Below are positions 34,801 through 46,771 of a DNA stretch of 47,812 nt, in pieces. The position numbers were made by a program, and so were the translations under genes. Position 1 is the first letter of the stretch. Every line of letters begins with the position of its first letter. The stretch covers positions 1,488,001-1,535,812 of the forward strand of contig AP026127.1 of the NCBI GenBank assembly GCA_030295235.1. Reading direction: 5' to 3'. Under the pieces are notes generated by a model that saw only the letters and a list, made by a program, of their open reading frames with translations, was not told the origin of the DNA and did no database searches. The DNA comes from Fistulifera solaris (Eukaryota).

Positions 34801-37800
34801 CGCGTGTTCGAAGACGAAATTCAGGCTCATGTATTCTCGGCGTTGGAGAATTACATCAGCAACCGTTCTTATGATGCCTTCGAGGCGACCCTTTCCTTGA
34901 TGGAGCTGCAGGCGAGCGAAGTTGGACAGATTTGCAAATCGCGGAATATTGGAGGAAAAGTTCAGCGATTGATATCAATGCTTCCTCGGCTTGAATTGAC
35001 GTGCAACATTCATCCGGTCACGAGAGCGGTTTTGCGTATGCACGTCACGATAGAAGCTGATTTTAATTGGTCTAAACGATGGCATGGTGCAACGGAGTCG
35101 TTTTGGATCATGGTTGAAGATCCTGATGCGGACCGCACGTACCATGCTGAGCTAATCACTTTGCAGTTTCGCACATACCAGGATCCGATACAGCTTGAAA
35201 TTTGGATTCCCGCATTCGACAAACTTCCTGACCAATACACTGTACGAGCTATATCGGATTCATGGGTCGGGGTTGAGCAGATTTTACCAGTCCTTTTGCA
35301 TGGTAAGCCGAAAAGATTATATGGAAATGGCACCTGGTACCCGAAACAGATACTTACTATTTCCCCCAGACGTGCAATTTCCGGCATCTCAAGATTTAAA
35401 AACAGACGTACTTGACCTTACCCCTCTTCCGATTTCCGCTCTCCAAAATAATCGATACGAGAGACTTTATACCAAATTTGAAACATTCAACCCGGTAAGT
35501 CAGCATTGCTTGGTCTTCCTTATGCTTCCTCTTTTCTCACGTTGCTCGTTCAGATCCAAACACAGCTATTTCATGTGCTGTACCACACCGACTTTCCAGT
35601 CTTTTTAGGCGCCCCCACAGGGTCCGGGAAGACGATCATAGCAGAGCTAGCGTTTTTGCGCATGAAAAACGTCCACGCGGACGGAATTTGCGTCTATATA
35701 GCGCCTTTGAAAGCTTTAGCCCGAGAGCGCCTCAAAGAATGGCAAAAACGATTAGTGGACTGGACAGTGCTAGAACTTTCGGGCGATACGCACCATGATC
35801 AATCAGCTTTGCAGAGAGCCGATATATTGGTGTGCACTCCCGAAAAATGGGACCTTGTGAGTCGTTCGTGGGTATCGAAAAGTTTCGTTCAACGTGTGCG
35901 TCTACTTGTGTTGGATGAAGTTCATTTACTCGGGGAAGAACGCGGAGCTGTTTTGGAGGCGATTGTAAGCAGGACACGATTCATCTCGCGACATCTTTTG
36001 GACAAAGGCGGTGCAGACCAATTCACTGACAACAAAGAGCCAACGCGCATCATTGGACTTAGCACAGCGATTGCGAATCCAACAGATCTAGCCGACTGGA
36101 TGGGGATTGATACGACGAGCTTCGGGTCACAGAAGCTGAGAGGATTGTACAATTTTCGACCAAGCGTGCGTCCCGTCCCTGTCACTGTCTGGGTGCAAGG
36201 GTACGCCGGTAGGCATTATTGTCCCCGAATGGCAACCATGAACAAACCTTGCTACGCGGCAATCAAAGAACATTCTTCTGCGAAACCAGTTCTAATTTTT
36301 GTAGCCTCGCGACGTCAGACGCGCCTTACTGCACTTGATCTGATAAGTTATGCCGCCGCCGATGAGCTTCCTCGAAGGTTCCTTCATACGGAGGACCGTT
36401 ACATGGAAGATGTAGCCTCGCAACTCTCCGACGCTTCGCTCCGCCATACAATGCAGTTTGGAGTCGGCCTCCACCATGCCGGATTGTCAACTTCGGATCG
36501 CGACGTAGTTGAGCGCATGTTTTTGTCGGGTGACATTCAGATTTTGGTGGCAACAGCAACGCTTGCTTGGGGAGTTAATTTACCTGCACATCTCGTCATC
36601 GTGAAGGGCACCGAGTATTTCGACGGGAAGAAGCATGGGTATGTCGACTATCCACTTACAGACGTACTGCAGATGATTGGACGAGCTGGACGTCCTGGAT
36701 TTGATACGGAAGCAAAAGCGGTCGTCATGGTGCAAGAGGAGAAAAAGACGTTTTATTCGAAAGTAAGTGCTGAATGCCTTTTTGGTGCTTTGACCTTTTC
36801 GCTAATGTGCGCCGTTCGCAGTTCCTCTATTCTCCATTTCCCGTTGAATCATGCTTGCGCGAACGTTTACCGGAAGTATTGAATGCTGAAATTGCTGGCG
36901 ATACGATTCAGTCGCTAAACGAAGCTTTTGGATACATGTCGTGGACTTTTTTCGGCCGACGAATGAAGGTGAATCCATCTTACTATGGTGTTAGTGTTCG
37001 GTCTTCAGAATCTGCAGACGAAGATGTTCTAGACGCTATTGAAAACGTCGTTGAATCCGCCTTATTGTTACTTCGCACGAATGGCTGTCTGTTACAGGAC
37101 GACAAGGAAAATTTGTCATCAACATCGTTGGGCAAATGCGCCTGCAACTATTACCTGAAACACGAAACGCCTCGGCAGATGCAAATTGGTATTCGCGAGT
37201 CCATTAAATGGACGAACGAAAATATCAAAAGCAATTTATCTTTTTATCATGGTGTGATTCCTCTCCTGCGGACCGAAAGAATGGAGGAAGTATCCTCCGC
37301 CTGGATTTTGTATTCGCTGTGTGCCACCCATGAATTCGATGAGCTTCCTGTACGTCACAACGAGGAATTTTTAAATAAGGAGCTAAGTGAAAGCTTGCCT
37401 TGGGGTCCTGACACAGCTTCTCTTTTAAGCCCTGGGGCGTACATTCATCACAACGAAGAAGTGTTCCTAGATCCGCACACAAAAGCCTTCTTGTTGATCC
37501 AAGCCTTCTTGGCGAAGTCAAAGCTTCCCATCAGCGACTATGTCAACGATACCAAAACTGTTTTTGATAACCTCCCTCGCCTACTTGCCGCCATGGAGTA
37601 TCTAGCTCTCAACGAAGATGTTGGCATCCCCGGATCTTTTGAAGTAGTGACTCACTTCACAAAGACACGACAATTAATAAATGCGGTGTGCATGCCGAAT
37701 CAGAGTCCGATGTCGCAGCTGGGAAATGGGGCTGAAAATTTGTCGATGTCCTTGTTCGAGCTAAGGTGCATGAAGCGCGAAGAGGCGCAATCGCTTTTTC

Positions 37801-38186
37801 CGAAACAAAAGACTGATCGATTGTTGAGTGCACTGTATGCTTTGCCGCTTGTAACCGCATCCAATATCTCCATTTCTCCCACTACGGACAAAGCGACCGG
37901 AACTACAACGGGAAACCTGTGCCTGGATTTGGACTTGAACGTTTCGCCGACAAAAAGAGGCACCGAACCATGGGGTGTGAAGTTGTTAGTTGGAAGTTTC
38001 GAAAACCACATTTTGCTTGGTCATGCATCCTTGTCACTCGGTTCCGCACAATCGCGTCGCGTAAATATTGAATTCGACTGGAGAGAGGCAAAGGCTCACG
38101 GAGGTCCGGATGCTGCGATTGTAATTCGCTGCTTGTTAGATCAAACACGTGGCCTAGATTGGGAGCAAATGATAAAGTTGCAATAA
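31846..38186 (+). CDS. ASCC3: ASCC3/Slh1 tandem Ski2-like helicase with Sec63 domains; introns 35303-35369, 35495-35553, 36763-36821
   Basis: Two cassettes (APTGAGKTN/DEVH/SAT/GRAGRPQFD and APTGSGKT/DEVH/STA/GRAGRPGFD), the signature HYCPRMATMNKP, and Sec63-type EFDELPVRHNE. The introns restore one frame. Confidence 0.92.
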
Positions 38187-38224
38187 GAATTGTAGGTAGA
38201 ACTTTATCATTTATTGTTCAGCTA

Positions 38225-38803
38225 TCATTTATTTAACCGAAAATAGACTTTTTTGGCAGGAGTAGCCGCAGCCAGAGTTTCCTTGGCGACTTCGACGTGC
38301 TTGGCGGCGTTCGCCAAGTCGTCAAAAACGTTTAGGCAAACACCATTTTTATCCAAAACATAAGTGACACGTCCTGGGAAAAGACCAAATGCGGCTTTTG
38401 GGACTCCGAAAGCCTTTCGGACCGCGTCGCCTTCATCCGCCAAAATGGAAAAGCATAAACCCAACTCTTTCGCAAAGGCTTGCTTTGATGCAACGCCTTG
38501 TCCGGAGATTCCGACGACGTCAGCGTTGTACGTCTTGCGAATATCCTTGACCGCATCATTGAAGGAATTAGCTTGCACAGTGCAGCCAGGCGTCGAGTCA
38601 GCTGGATAGAAGTAAACAACTAGAGGCTTTTTGAAGCTAGATCGCTTCACCGTTTTGCCGTTCTGATCGACGAGGGCGAAATCAGGGGCAGTTTCTCCGA
38701 CGGCAAGATTCAACGCCGTCGACGAAGCCATCATTCGCTCAGCAGGAGCAAATGCCGATGCCGAAGCAGCGAAGAGAAAGGCGATAGAAGATGAAAGCTT
38801 CAT
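38225..38803 (-). CDS. Plastid-targeted BCP/PrxQ-family peroxiredoxin
   Basis: Presequence [20 protein letters not shown] (ASAFAP motif); [40 protein letters not shown]. No resolving Cys at +5. The last codons may be shifted at the A6 run 38249-38254. Confidence 0.92.
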   Translation of the reverse strand: MKLSSSIAFLFAASASAFAPAERMMASSTALNLAVGETAPDFALVDQNGKTVKRSSFKKPLVVYFYPADSTPGCTVQANSFNDAVKDIRKTYNADVVGISGQGVASKQAFAKELGLCFSILADEGDAVRKAFGVPKAAFGLFPGRVTYVLDKNGVCLNVFDDLANAAKHVEVAKETLAAATPAKKVYFRLNK

Positions 38804-39060
38804 GGTGACTTGCTGTTTGCGTAATGAACGTAGTACGGGTAAGATAGTTTTTTGATGAGTGATGTGCTTGTGAAAGGAAACGATGAAAAAAAAAAAAAAA
38901 ACATTGGGAGAGTGAGTCATCGGCTCATTGTCTTGCATCGTGCATCGGTGTTCGAGAAAAGAAGAACGCAAAACGTGTGTGACGTACGCCATCCAATCAT
39001 CTTAACATCTCAAACCCTAATGCAATGGTTCTTGACCATACAGCTGCGCACAGCGCACAC

Positions 39061-39374
39061 TAGACATGTGACTTTTCAAAATTTTCGTGAAAGTCAAGTG
39101 AAAGTAAAGTCAGTGGCCTTCAAGTAAAGTTTGCAGTGAACAGTGAACTAAGCGGTAATGAATTACTATGGTGTTTTGTGTAAGAAACGGTGTCGCACTG
39201 AGCTTATGAAAGTTAGCCCTTTCCCTCTCATCCCTAATCTACGCAGTCCTACGTACATTTACGTAGGTTGGGTACTTCAAGTGAACTCACCGAAGTCTCA
39301 AGTAAAGTGAAAGTAAAGTAAACTTCAGGTGCTCAAGTGAAGTTGCAAGTTACAGTGAAAAAGCCATATGTCTA
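39061..39374. mobile_element. hAT-type MITE, 314 bp
   Basis: TIRs TAGACATGTGACTTTT (39061-39076) and AAAAGCCATATGTCTA (39359-39374) match at 14/16. Identical 8-bp flanks GCGCACAC at 39053-39060 and 39375-39382. Many internal AAGTGAA/AAGTAAA subterminal motifs. Confidence 0.85.
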
Positions 39375-41652
39375 GCGCACACCGCACACGCATGGTGTCT
39401 TATGTTTGCCCATGGTGAATGGAACAATGGGATAAAAATGTAAAGATAGATGTAAGTAGATTGACAATGAAATTGGCTAATGCAAAATTGTGACGAGTAA
39501 TTGATTATCCTGTTTGACTGGTTAAAAGAGAAAAACTGCTGAGTCATAACCTTCAGTCATTATTTATTTGTTCCTCCGCAGAAAAGAACTCCTAAAAGTC
39601 TTCTCTATAGAATCTGTCTCACACATAGGAACTCCTACTTTCGGAAGTCCAAGCTTTAGTCTTGTTTGGTTCCCAATGTATCTTAGAGCATTCACTATCT
39701 ACAGAATTACGACCGGTACTCAGCGTTTTCCAGTGAAAATTTTTTGGACCCATAACCCTTTCGATGCTTCATTCACCAAAAAAATGTTTTTCACTGGAAA
39801 GCCCAAATTGTCACCTTCTTTTCATTTTGTTGCTGCGGACAAACCACCATGGAAATCGATAAACGCGCTCATTTCATCATGAATATTGATGTTCATATGC
39901 TTAATCGATAGCTATAATCATTGCCGATCTGATGGTCTACTTTTTTGTTGGCGTATTCGCTCGAATTCCAAAGTTATGGGCTGAATGGAGGGAGGCTTCA
40001 CCATCGACCACACTTTTGAACCTGCGAAAGAGGGCATAAAGCCGTCGTTTCGTCAACAATAATAAGCCACTAGCTTCATAAGAATAACAGGTAATGATTC
40101 TATAATAACAATTTATCGACAGTCGCCAAGTTATTATTTTACGGGGGTTTTCAGTTTTTGTCACCACTTGCCAAAATACTGCCATACTTTGAAGTGGCGT
40201 ACTTCCACCAACTTTCGATCAAACAAAGCGCCTCCTTTGCAAATCATCTCAATATATTAATGAGAATCAAATATCAAGTTTTTAGCCGAGGCAGAGCAAT
40301 ATTGAATCAATTGAAATCATATCAATCAACTGGCCATTGTCGTCGTAGCGATTATGCGAAAGTCTCTGAAGAAAGTTATTGGTGCAATGCAGCCCGTGAC
40401 TGATAAAGAGATTAGTTGGTACACTGGGTGCATTAGATTTGTCGTGAACCGTGATTGAACCTAGTGTAAATTTTTATAGAACTCCTTTTTTTGTACAACT
40501 TTGAAAGTTGTGCAAAAAACGGAGGTTGTGTAAAGATTTTATCGAGCCAGCGTAAAAAAATTGGACTTAGTGAGTGACGATCGGTTTTCACTGGCATTTT
40601 TGCCTTCTGTAATTGTAGATAGTGAATGCTCTTAGTTACACTCTCACCCAGGTGATTGCCATACAACACAAGGCTTTATTTCTAGTCTTGTTTATTTCCG
40701 TTATGCGACTGACTGTCCGTTGCATGTGTTGGCCTACAACATGCCATACCAACAGAATCTTAGTTTTAGTGCACGACTTACATTTGTTTATGTCTGTTTT
40801 GTATCAATATTCTATAGAGGTTTAACCCCATCTCTCCTAACTCTCGACTGGAATCCAGAACCATGACACATGGCATGGTGTTAAAATCATGATGTTATTG
40901 AAATAAAATAAAATAAAACAGATCCGACATAGGGACTCTTTATCCGACATAAAAAATAGACATTGATATAAGCATAAAACTATGTCTTTTTTGTGCTTAG
41001 GCGATGGCCCAAAAGCAGTATGCAACAAACCGGCAATTCACACTTACAGCACTGACAATTGGAACACACAGAATGAACAAGAACTTTGAGGTGACATCTC
41101 TACTTACAGCTTTTGGAGCAATTGCAAAACAACCACTTTTAACGTCTGTGTAACTGATACAGACGCCCCTTCACACAAGAATTGTGATCCAATGAACATA
41201 CTCGCTTCTAAAAAGGTGGAGAAACAAAGATTTTACGGAAGCCCTGTAAGGTGTAATAGACGAGAGGCCCGTGTAGTTAAACAAATGTATTTTGGTGCTT
41301 TATGTAATGAATACCGTATGACACCGATGTGACATAGATACATTGTGTACAGCTTGTGTTCGTCCGCAATACACCATGTACACCTCGTAGAAAATGTACC
41401 AGACTGTCCACAAAAATTTTTACTGTATAATTTTACGTACAAATTTCCCATTTTCATGATCATTTTTATCTTTCATGAAAACTTTGAATGAAAAAGATAA
41501 ATATATAGATAGATTCAGAATTTCGAGAGCTACAAAATAAAATTTTCGATCCGCAAACTGGGCCTTACTTTGCGTACTACAAAAATATCCATTTTCTTTG
41601 TTTAATAAGGCCTAGTTCGCGGATCAAAAAACTCTAGGGTTAGGGTTGGTAT

Positions 41653-42160
41653 GGGAATTTTTGAAGACCCATGACCACAAAAAACCCTACAAAAATAGGC
41701 CTCACGAGTGCCCAAAACGTGTTCTTGAAAACCAGATTGTTGCGGTTTAAAAATAAATCACACAATTTTCTTCAGTTTAAATTCATTTTATCATAAGGAA
41801 TTGGACGATATGTATACTTTTCTCAACAAATTAAAGATCTTAGAGCAACAAACTAAAAAAAGCAATTTAGTGAAGAGCGATGATTGCCAATGCGGCTGAC
41901 CGGTACTCCTTTGTACTGTTAATAATTTGTGAGCGGTACTGACCGTCAACTGATTTTTGACATTGCTTAAAATGTAATTTAATTTTTTTCTAGAAGAGAT
42001 ATGATAAGTCTAATTTTATAGATCAATTTGTCTCTTTAAGCGCTTTTCATTGATATGTTATTTATATTTGCGCGACAGAAAGCGCTAAATATGGTGACGT
42101 GGGATGGGACACTATTATTTGGTGCTGGTTTTTTGTGGTCATGGGTCTTAAAAATATCCC
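41653..42160. mobile_element. Nested MITE-like element with ~34-bp TIRs
   Basis: GGGAATTTTTGAAGACCCATGACCACAAAAAACC (41653-41686) is inverted to GGTTTTTTGTGGTCATGGGTCTTAAAAATATCCC (42127-42160). AT-rich interior; no clear TSD. Confidence 0.65.
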
Positions 42161-42694
42161 TCATCACCTCATCACCTGTCCTCCATCAGTTGACTGTCTG
42201 TCCATCACCAGGTAAAAGCCGTTTTTCCGTCATAAGCTCTCTCTGCGCCCGGCCTGACCAGTGACCAGTTCAATGGGCGTACATAAAGACCTTGCTTTTT
42301 TGTCCAAGTCGGAGGATTTTGCCCTCCACAGAGAAGAAAAAATAATGTTCATTTATTTAAAATATAAGAAACAATCATTCCAGCAAAAGCATTAGGAGCC
42401 ACAATTATGAAAGCTTTTTGATATATTTAGTTCATCATGTAAATGCATGCATGAGGCGGTCCTTAGTTGACGTCAAAAGACATCTCACCAAGTCATCTGA
42501 GCCGCCCGGTGACTCCATAAAATTGGGTAAGTTCATGTGCCAATAAAGACATGTCTAGAAGTGAATTCTTTGATAAATAATTGTCAATGGACTGTCAATC
42601 TAGCCTTGTAGCAAATGGAAGTATCATATTGCTTTGGTTGTTCATAAAGTAGCCGGTCCGGTTTTGGGTCAATTCTGCTTTTGTTTCTTATCTG

Positions 42695-43475
42695 TACCGG
42701 GACTGCTATCTCTTTTATCGTGAGCTCACCTCATAGCAAAAAGACAATTTTCTCAGTAACTTTGGTTTAATAGTCTTTATCGATATCTATTTGAGCAAAC
42801 CGAATTATAAAAGTATCATCTTTATTAATAAGATTGCTTGTTATCGCGAGAAATCAAATTTCCTTTTTGATAGATATTACCGGGACTGCAACCATTTGTG
42901 TCATGAGTCGTGAACTTTTTTCTTAGCCAAAAAGATATGTTTAGAAATGATTTTCTCAGTAACTTTGGTTTAATAGACTTTATTGATATCTATTTGAGAG
43001 AACAGAATTATAAAAGTATCATCTTTATTGATAAGATTGCTCGTTTTGGCTGAAATCAAATCTCCTTTATTGATAGATATTACTGGGACTGCAACCATTT
43101 GTGTCGTGAGTCGTGAACTTTTTCTTAGCCAAAAAGATATTTTTAGAAATGATTTTCTCAGTAACTTTGGTTTCATAGTCTTTACATATATCTATTTGAC
43201 CAATAGGAATTGTAAAAGTACCATCTCTATTAATAAGATTGCTCGTTATGGCGACAATCAAATTTTCCTTATTGATAGATCTTACCTGGTACCTAGACTG
43301 CAATCAATTAAGTTCTTGAAATCATTTGCTTAGTCCAAAAGACATAGTTCAATGGACTTTCTATCGGTCCTTTTGAGCAAATGGATCCATAAAAATATTG
43401 TCTTTATCAATAAGATAGCTCATTACGTTGGAATCAACTTTCCTTTGTTGATAGTACTGGGACTGCAATCGATTA
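42695..43475. repeat. Tandem repeat of ~4 degenerate units (best period 204 bp) inside the TIR element
   Basis: GGGACTGCAACCATTTGTGTC recurs at 42881 and 43085, with related anchors near 42699, 43295 and 43460. A CTTTATTGATA-like sub-motif occurs three times per unit. Confidence 0.85.
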
Positions 43476-44297
43476 AGTCAAAGTCAATAACTAACTGGTA
43501 TAGTGCAAAGGACTGTCTATTGGTCTCTTTGAGAGCAAAACTACAAGAGAAGGATAATATGATAGCTTGTTTGGTTGAATTGACATTGTTCTTGTCCTAA
43601 AAAACAACAAGTGGACTACAACTCTTGGACTACAATCCTCCGACTTGGAAAAAAAATCGCCAAGGTGTCTACCGACAGTTATCTTGTGCGGTATAGGTCT
43701 ATCTTAAAAGCGTAAACTGTGACACTGCATTCCGAAATTAGAGCAGAAAAAAGTTTCTTACACGTGGAATGTATGACATCACGATGGCCTTAATATGGAC
43801 TGGCGGAGGACGAAGCGATGAAGGATATTTAAAGGTTCCCTTTTCACTCGAAGTATTCATGAAAGATAAAAATGATCATGAAAATGGGAAATTTATGCGT
43901 AAAATTATACAGTAAAAATTTTTGTGGACAGTCTGGTACATTTTCTCACGAGGTGTACATGGTGTAATGACGGACGAACACCAGCTGTAGCACCTAGGAG
44001 CAATCCCGCTGGGTCCCTCTGAGGACTCGGGATTGAATATTAAAGAAGAATATTAGAAAGATAATAGAAAATGACTACTTTATTGGCTACGGCACCCCGT
44101 TTGCATTGTAATGGTGGTCTTGTTCATTGTTGTTTGAAGCATATTATTTTGTGTGTGTGTCGCAGCGCGGAAAGCGGAGAAAAGTCGGAAAATTTTATAA
44201 AAGTTTTTGGTCCTTCCTTGGGCCCTAAATTTTATTTGAAGGTGATAAAATTTTAATAACCAAAAGTACACTTTAACCCACAGTAAATTTCCTTTCC

Positions 44298-44313
44298 TTA
44301 GGTTAGGGTTAGG
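44298..44313 (+). repeat. Interstitial telomeric tract
   Basis: TTAGGTTAGGGTTAGG, same polarity as the terminal telomere. A similar tract TAGGGTTAGGGTT lies at 41635-41647. Confidence 0.7.
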
Positions 44314-44317
44314 TGGG

Positions 44318-46135
44318 AGGACAGACTGCTGAATTTTTTCAAAATGTAAGTGGGTGTGATGGACAGACCATGCTACAGCAAAATGCAAGGTACCCAATAG
44401 GAGCACCAACTCCTAGGCACAACTTGGTCAAAGATGCACACCAGAAACAAATGCCACCTGGTGTTTGTGATTGGTATCAGATAATGAATATGGGAGGTCA
44501 TACAAGGGATAAAGGGTGACCAAAATTGAACCACTTGGCATTTTGGCTAATAAGGCTGAAATGCTGTTGTCAAGAGTGTACCCCAAGGTTTCTTCCAAAG
44601 AGCGTGCTGCAAACTTCCAATCTTAGTTGTTGACAGAAGCCTTAGAACATCCACTTGTTGGGTCCATAGATATTCCATGTAAAGCACCTCAACACTATCT
44701 GTCAACAGTTGTGGGTTGCTTAGAAAGTCAACATTACTTAGCTCTTCCAGTCTACCCTGTGAGGTATTTCTTCCAACTTTATTTGCTTAATTGTCATCTT
44801 GTGTCTGCAGTTTTATGTTTTCTACTATTTTTGTGGCCTCCTCATGTCCAACCTGAATAAATTTAAGACCACGGCTTCAATAGCCATGAGTGTGTGCTGC
44901 TTTCGTGCTGGAACATTTCCGTTTCCCGCCCAACATCAGCCAAAACATCAACTTGAGACAGACCAAGAACTTGACAAAGAAAAATGGTTGCATCAGTCAG
45001 CAAGCACCTGTACTGAGCCTTTAGTTGGCTTTGGCTTTCCTTTGGTCATTTGTTTGCTGTATACCCTGATGTCATTAGGCTTTTTGATGCGCCTGAGCAA
45101 TGCATCATCCAACATGACAATTATTTCATCCAAGCTATAAATGAAAGCCTATGGGTAGAAAATATGCAGTAGTTAGTAGTTAGTTAGTTGAGTGCTAAGT
45201 CTTGAAAGCTCTATAGCAGCTTAATGTAAAATTTACACACATCCATCCTATTAGGCTGTACATTGCTGTCTCCTTGTAAAACTTCAGCAAGGCATGGCTG
45301 TCTGTTTCTGCTTCCACATTGACACTGTTCTCTGCTTCTGCTTCAGACTCAAACTTCTTATCTCTCCAGCTGTCACTTTCTGGGACTTACGCCAACAGTA
45401 CAATCTGCTTCCACTTCCATACTACTGTCACTTTCTGGGACTTTTGCATAAATATCAACATCTTCATCATACCATCGATTTTCCACACAAACCTCTTCCG
45501 GAACTCGCTCAAACACATCCATCTCTGATGTTCCCCAATAAAATTTGACATCATCTAGTCGCTATTTCCATTTGACCATAGTGTGCTTCTGAAGTTGTTG
45601 CATCTTAACCCAGTTTTGCACTTATCTTTGTAGATGTTCTTGAACTCTGTGTAGATACTGTAGTTCTTCATCCACTCAGCAAAGCCACTTGCTAAGGCAT
45701 TATAAGGAATAAATTTGAAGCCCAATTTTTCCAGCATCTCTTGAGAGATTCTGTTAGAGTCCCAGAACAGTAATGTTCCCTTTGCATTCTGACCCAATTA
45801 ACCAGAATTTTGTCTGGATAGGATTTTTCAACTTGACAGTGACCAAAGCATTTCTTGAAACTTTCAAGATCCTTATAATGTCCCTCCCATTCTTTTTGCT
45901 CTTTTTCTTTTCTGTTCCAAGTAAACCAGCTTCATTTAGCAGATGGGCTCTGTGTGCTTTCATCTTGCCCTTCCTCATTTCTCTGCGTTGCGTTTGAATC
46001 CAAGTGTAGAGTCCACTATACTTCTTGTGTGTTAATGTTGAATTTTTCTGGTAGCTTCACGTGTATTGCTAGAGGGTTCAACAGTTTATACTCAACAATG
46101 TAGTCCAGCAGCAAACTGTATTTTGTTCTCCATTG
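44318..46135 (-). pseudogene. Decayed gene: helicase-associated (HA) repeats + acidic linker + DOT1-like SAM-dependent methyltransferase
   Basis: Manual minus-strand translation across frameshifts. HA repeats: QWRTKYSLLLDY...YSGLYTWIQTQRREMRKGKMKAHRAHLLNEAG and EWEGHYKDLESFKKCFGHCQVEKSYPDKILVNWVRMQR...EMLEKLGFKF. DOT1-like part: LGLSQVDVLADVG(x)GNGNV, AAHTHGY*SRGL, QGRLEE, KASVNN*, LDNSISALLAKMPSGSILVTLYPL, AVAWS. In-frame stops present; intron-like segment ending CATAG at 45149. Confidence 0.7.
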
Positions 46136-46771
46136 TATGTCGTGATCATCAAAAAGACCCAGATTAGCGAGCATTTCTTAAGTACCGGCCTTACCGGGGA
46201 ACTATCATCAGAGGAGCTACCCCCCAGCTGGTATCACCCCCCGAAGGCGCTAGCGGCAAGCGAACCAGGAGGCGGGAACAGCGACAGCGGGCCGAGAACA
46301 GGGACAACCGGGCGGGAACAGCGGTGGGCCGGTGCAGGAACAACGGCAGCAGGAGCAGCAACGTTGTTCGCCTGTCTGGGTTAGCCATCGGCCTCGGAGG
46401 AGAGGACCAAGCGAGCGGGTTCTCCAACGCCGGCGACATCATCGGATCGTCCTCCTCCTCCTGATTAAAGCCGTCAGTTCTTGCGGACCACACGGTACCG
46501 GGGCCTCATTGCTTCCCCAGACATAAGCTTCCGGATCCGCATTATCTGCGGCGCCCGGTTAGAAACTGAGGCCAGCGACTGGGATGGCTGTTAAGCTGCG
46601 GGAACTTCGCACAAAACCAAATCCGAGCGGATCCGCATACCGCAGCTTGCAAGCGGCGCTGTTCCTCCACGGTTCCAAAGCAGCGAAGGCACATGATGTC
46701 TTTTCGAACTCCTCAGTACCTTCCCTCGACCCGATGTGTTTTGTTGGCTCCGCGTCCAGCACATGCGAAGA

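Larger units (their letters stand above)
41350..43987. mobile_element. Non-autonomous DNA transposon with ~145-bp TIRs and TA flanks (Tc1/mariner-like)
   Basis: Left TIR 41350-41494 (CAGCTTGTGTTCGTCCG...ACACCATGTACACCTCGT...) is nearly identical to the reverse complement of 43841-43987. TA at 41348-41349 and 43988-43989. No transposase ORF inside. Confidence 0.88.

Noticed and set aside
31846..38186. Brr2/SNRNP200 assignment
   Set aside because: The second cassette keeps DEVH and the HYCPRMATMNKP motif typical of ASCC3/Slh1, and no Brr2-type N-terminal region is evident.
39400..41340. Short ORFs and a 13-bp IR (TTTCCAGTGAAAA, ~39727-39800) as a gene or transposase remnant
   Set aside because: No recognisable protein motif in any frame I examined; AT-rich subtelomeric filler.
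41544..41637. Helitron 3' end (hairpin followed by CTAG)
   Set aside because: The hairpin is much larger than a typical Helitron terminator, the CTAG overlaps a telomeric tract, and no 5' end was found.
46165..46215. Hammerhead ribozyme on the minus strand (CTGATGA...GAAA)
   Set aside because: Stem II does not close next to the core, and I could not form stems I and III.
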